A stretch of DNA of 64,000 nt from Pseudomonadota bacterium (GTDB lineage Bacteria; Pseudomonadota; Gammaproteobacteria; Burkholderiales; UBA11063): NCBI GenBank assembly GCA_003962985.1, contig RXKA01000058.1, forward strand, positions 11,051-75,050, written 5' to 3'. How positions within the stretch are numbered: the stretch's first letter is position 1; each line of letters starts with the position of its first letter. Shown piece after piece: positions 61,826 through 64,000 of the stretch. The position numbers were made by a program, and so were the translations under genes. The notes under the pieces were generated by a model that searched no databases, was not told where the DNA came from, and saw only the letters and a program-made list of their open reading frames with translations.

Positions 61826-63289
61826 TTAATGCTCAGTACCTGCGACCGTCAAACCAAAGCTTTGCATAATTTGCGCTACTTCGATTTCATTTAGCTCATA
61901 AAAACTACCACGTTTTAAACGCCCAGGTAATGAAACAGGACCAAAACGTACACGCATCAAACGACTTACCGTCAAACCAAAATGTTCAAACATCCGACGT
62001 ACTTCGCGATTACGCCCTTCCAATAGCACCACTTTATACCAATGGTTTTTAGCATCACTATCTTGACGATCTAAACGAACAATTTCTTTAAAAGTCGCTT
62101 TACCGTCTTCGAGCATAATACCAGTTCTAAACTCACGTAATTGGTCATTAGTTAATGCCTCACCATACGTACGTACAGCATATTCACGTTCTACTTCATA
62201 ACGCGGGTGCATAAAGCGATTAGCCAACTCACCAGAAGTAGTAAAAATTAATAAACCACTGGTGTTATAATCTAAACGTCCAATTGCTAAAAAACGCTTG
62301 TTTTTTAATACAGGAATACGTTCATAAACCGTCGTACGACCTTCTGGATCCTCACGCGATACCAGCTCACCATCTGGCTTATGATACACAATTACTCGTG
62401 CTAACCTATCTTGCCACTTAATTCTTATTGCGCGCCCAAGCACTTCAACACGATCTTTTTGTGTAATTTGTTGACCCAATTCAGCACGACGACCATTTAC
62501 CAAAACTTTACCTTCCGATACCATACGATCACAATCGCGACGTGAACCAACTCCCGACATTGATAATGCTTTAGAAATCCGCTCACTAAAATCATCTTTT
62601 AATTCAACCCGCTCTTGACGAATCCGTTGCGAAGTAATTTTTTCTTGCTGATTTTGGCGATGTAATTTAACTCGTTTAGCATTATTATTTGTAAACATAT
62701 TGTTTGTATCACGCTTTTCAGTTGTTGGTGTTTGTCGATCAAAAGAGCGATAAGAATCACCATATCTATTAGTGTTATCCGCACCATCTTCTGGTTGGTA
62801 ACGTCCTTGACCACGATAAGCATTATTGCCTGATTTATTATTAAATCCACGCTTCTCAGATTGTTGACCTTGATAAGAAGAATTACGACGCGAATCACCG
62901 TATCTATTAGTGTTTTCTGCACCATCTTCTGATTGGTAACGTCCTTGACCACGATAAGCATTATTGCCTGATTTATTATTAAATCCGCGTTTCTCTGGCT
63001 GTTGACCTTGATAAGAAGAACTACGACGCGAATCACCATATCTACTAGTGTTTTCTGCACCATCTTCTGATTGGTAACGTCCTTGACCACGATAAGCATT
63101 ATTTCCTGATTTATTATTAAATCCACGTTTCTCTGGCTGTTGACCTTGATAAGAAGAGGTACGACGCGAATCGCCAGACTTAGCTGATTTAGCTTTATTA
63201 GCTTCCGATTGAGAACTTGACTGACCACGTTTACTTCTTGGTTTATCAGTCATCATTTCCTGTAATTTCTTTTGTAAATTAAATTTCAC
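61826..63289 (-). CDS. rluB: 23S rRNA pseudouridine synthase RluB with a long repetitive N-terminal extension
   Basis: S4 domain [52 protein letters not shown]. Confidence 0.93.
   Translation of the reverse strand: MKFNLQKKLQEMMTDKPRSKRGQSSSQSEANKAKSAKSGDSRRTSSYQGQQPEKRGFNNKSGNNAYRGQGRYQSEDGAENTSRYGDSRRSSSYQGQQPEKRGFNNKSGNNAYRGQGRYQSEDGAENTNRYGDSRRNSSYQGQQSEKRGFNNKSGNNAYRGQGRYQPEDGADNTNRYGDSYRSFDRQTPTTEKRDTNNMFTNNNAKRVKLHRQNQQEKITSQRIRQERVELKDDFSERISKALSMSGVGSRRDCDRMVSEGKVLVNGRRAELGQQITQKDRVEVLGRAIRIKWQDRLARVIVYHKPDGELVSREDPEGRTTVYERIPVLKNKRFLAIGRLDYNTSGLLIFTTSGELANRFMHPRYEVEREYAVRTYGEALTNDQLREFRTGIMLEDGKATFKEIVRLDRQDSDAKNHWYKVVLLEGRNREVRRMFEHFGLTVSRLMRVRFGPVSLPGRLKRGSFYELNEIEVAQIMQSFGLTVAGTEH
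62754..63175 (-). repeat. 3 x 138-bp (46-aa) tandem repeat in the rluB 5' part
   Basis: gaatc(a/g)cc recurs at 62754, 62892, 63030 and 63168; unit [46 protein letters not shown]. Confidence 0.97.
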
Positions 63290-63320
63290 TCTTTTCTTTC
63301 TATTCTAAAAAATAATTCTA

Positions 63321-64000
63321 TTAGTACCAGCCAGTTGCGTAAAATACGGCAATGGCAAAAAATACGGCTAAAGTTTTAATAATTGTGATTACAAAAATAT
63401 TTTTATATGCTTCTTTATGCGTTAACCCAGTAACCGCCAACAATGTAATCACCGCACCATTATGAGGTAATGTATCCATACCACCTGAAGCCATCGATGC
63501 AATTCGATGTAAAACATCTAATGAAATTCCTGCCGCGTTAGCCGCTTCAATAAAATGCCCAGACATCGCCGCTAAAGCAATACTCATTCCACCAGATGCA
63601 GATCCTGTAATACCCGCTAATACACTAACCGTAATAGCTTCATTAATCAAAGGGTTTGGAATATGTTTTAATGCATCCGTTACCACCATAAAACCAGGCA
63701 TTGCAGCAATCACCGCACCAAATCCATATTCAGAAGCGGTATTTAGTGAGGCTAGTAATGCACCAGATATCGCTGATTTACTTGCGGTGGCAAAATGATG
63801 AATCACTGGTTTAGCAGCAAAAATAAATACCGTTAGGATACCCAAAATCAAGGCAGCTTGTACCGACCAAATCGCGGTTAGCTTAGTAATATCAACCGTA
63901 ACAGGCATACCAGTTAAGTGGATAATATATTCTTTTCCGTAATATTGTGGAATCACTTTTGTAAATATTAAATTAGCAACTCCAACTACTACCAATGGTA
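63321..64000 (-). CDS. GntP-family permease, 5' part beyond the window edge
   Basis: ASEYGFGAVIA, LAGITGSASGGMSIAL, ASGGMDTLPHNGAVITLL. Confidence 0.88.
   Translation of the reverse strand, partial: PLVVVGVANLIFTKVIPQYYGKEYIIHLTGMPVTVDITKLTAIWSVQAALILGILTVFIFAAKPVIHHFATASKSAISGALLASLNTASEYGFGAVIAAMPGFMVVTDALKHIPNPLINEAITVSVLAGITGSASGGMSIALAAMSGHFIEAANAAGISLDVLHRIASMASGGMDTLPHNGAVITLLAVTGLTHKEAYKNIFVITIIKTLAVFFAIAVFYATGWY

Noticed and set aside
62599-63228. 209-aa alternative-frame ORF inside rluB
   Set aside because: It stays open only because the 138-bp unit lacks a stop in that frame; it has no RBS or recognisable family.

Overview
Chromosomal window from a low-GC betaproteobacterium. A Neisseriales (Aquella-like) lineage is inferred from the tRNA sequences, the phaR-rimO coupling and dnaA-dnaN-gyrB without recF; this is not a database result. 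1-37.5 kb is mostly housekeeping: glnS, def, lpxH, cdd, gyrB-dnaN-dnaA, phaP/phaR-rimO, two acyl-CoA ligase paralogs, a tRNA-Met/Thr/Phe cluster behind gltX, and two lipid A acyltransferases. It also carries a two-methyltransferase restriction-modification cassette upstream of glnS, a large Ig-repeat surface lipoprotein and a J-domain/TM/SPOR fusion. About 37.6-59.1 kb is an AT-rich accessory region with no integrase or transposase. It holds beta-propeller lipoproteins, a Cache-domain pentameric ligand-gated-channel homolog, a phytochelatin synthase-like lipoprotein, and the best candidate for an undescribed system. That candidate is a co-oriented operon at 47.6-55.9 kb: two pentapeptide-repeat proteins, a Ycf46-like AAA+ ATPase, a PD-(D/E)XK/glycine-zipper protein, a small PD-(D/E)XK nuclease, a Sel1-GTPase and a HEPN RNase-like protein. 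One short N-terminal domain recurs in four of its ORFs, one of them pseudogenised. Next to it lie a coiled-coil gene with a GC-rich structured 3' region (ncRNA candidate) and a tandem-RHH WYL regulator. The window ends with a nucleoside phosphorylase-CNT transporter pair, rluB with 3 x 138-bp repeats and a partial GntP-family permease. All family assignments come from motif recognition by eye; no searches were run.
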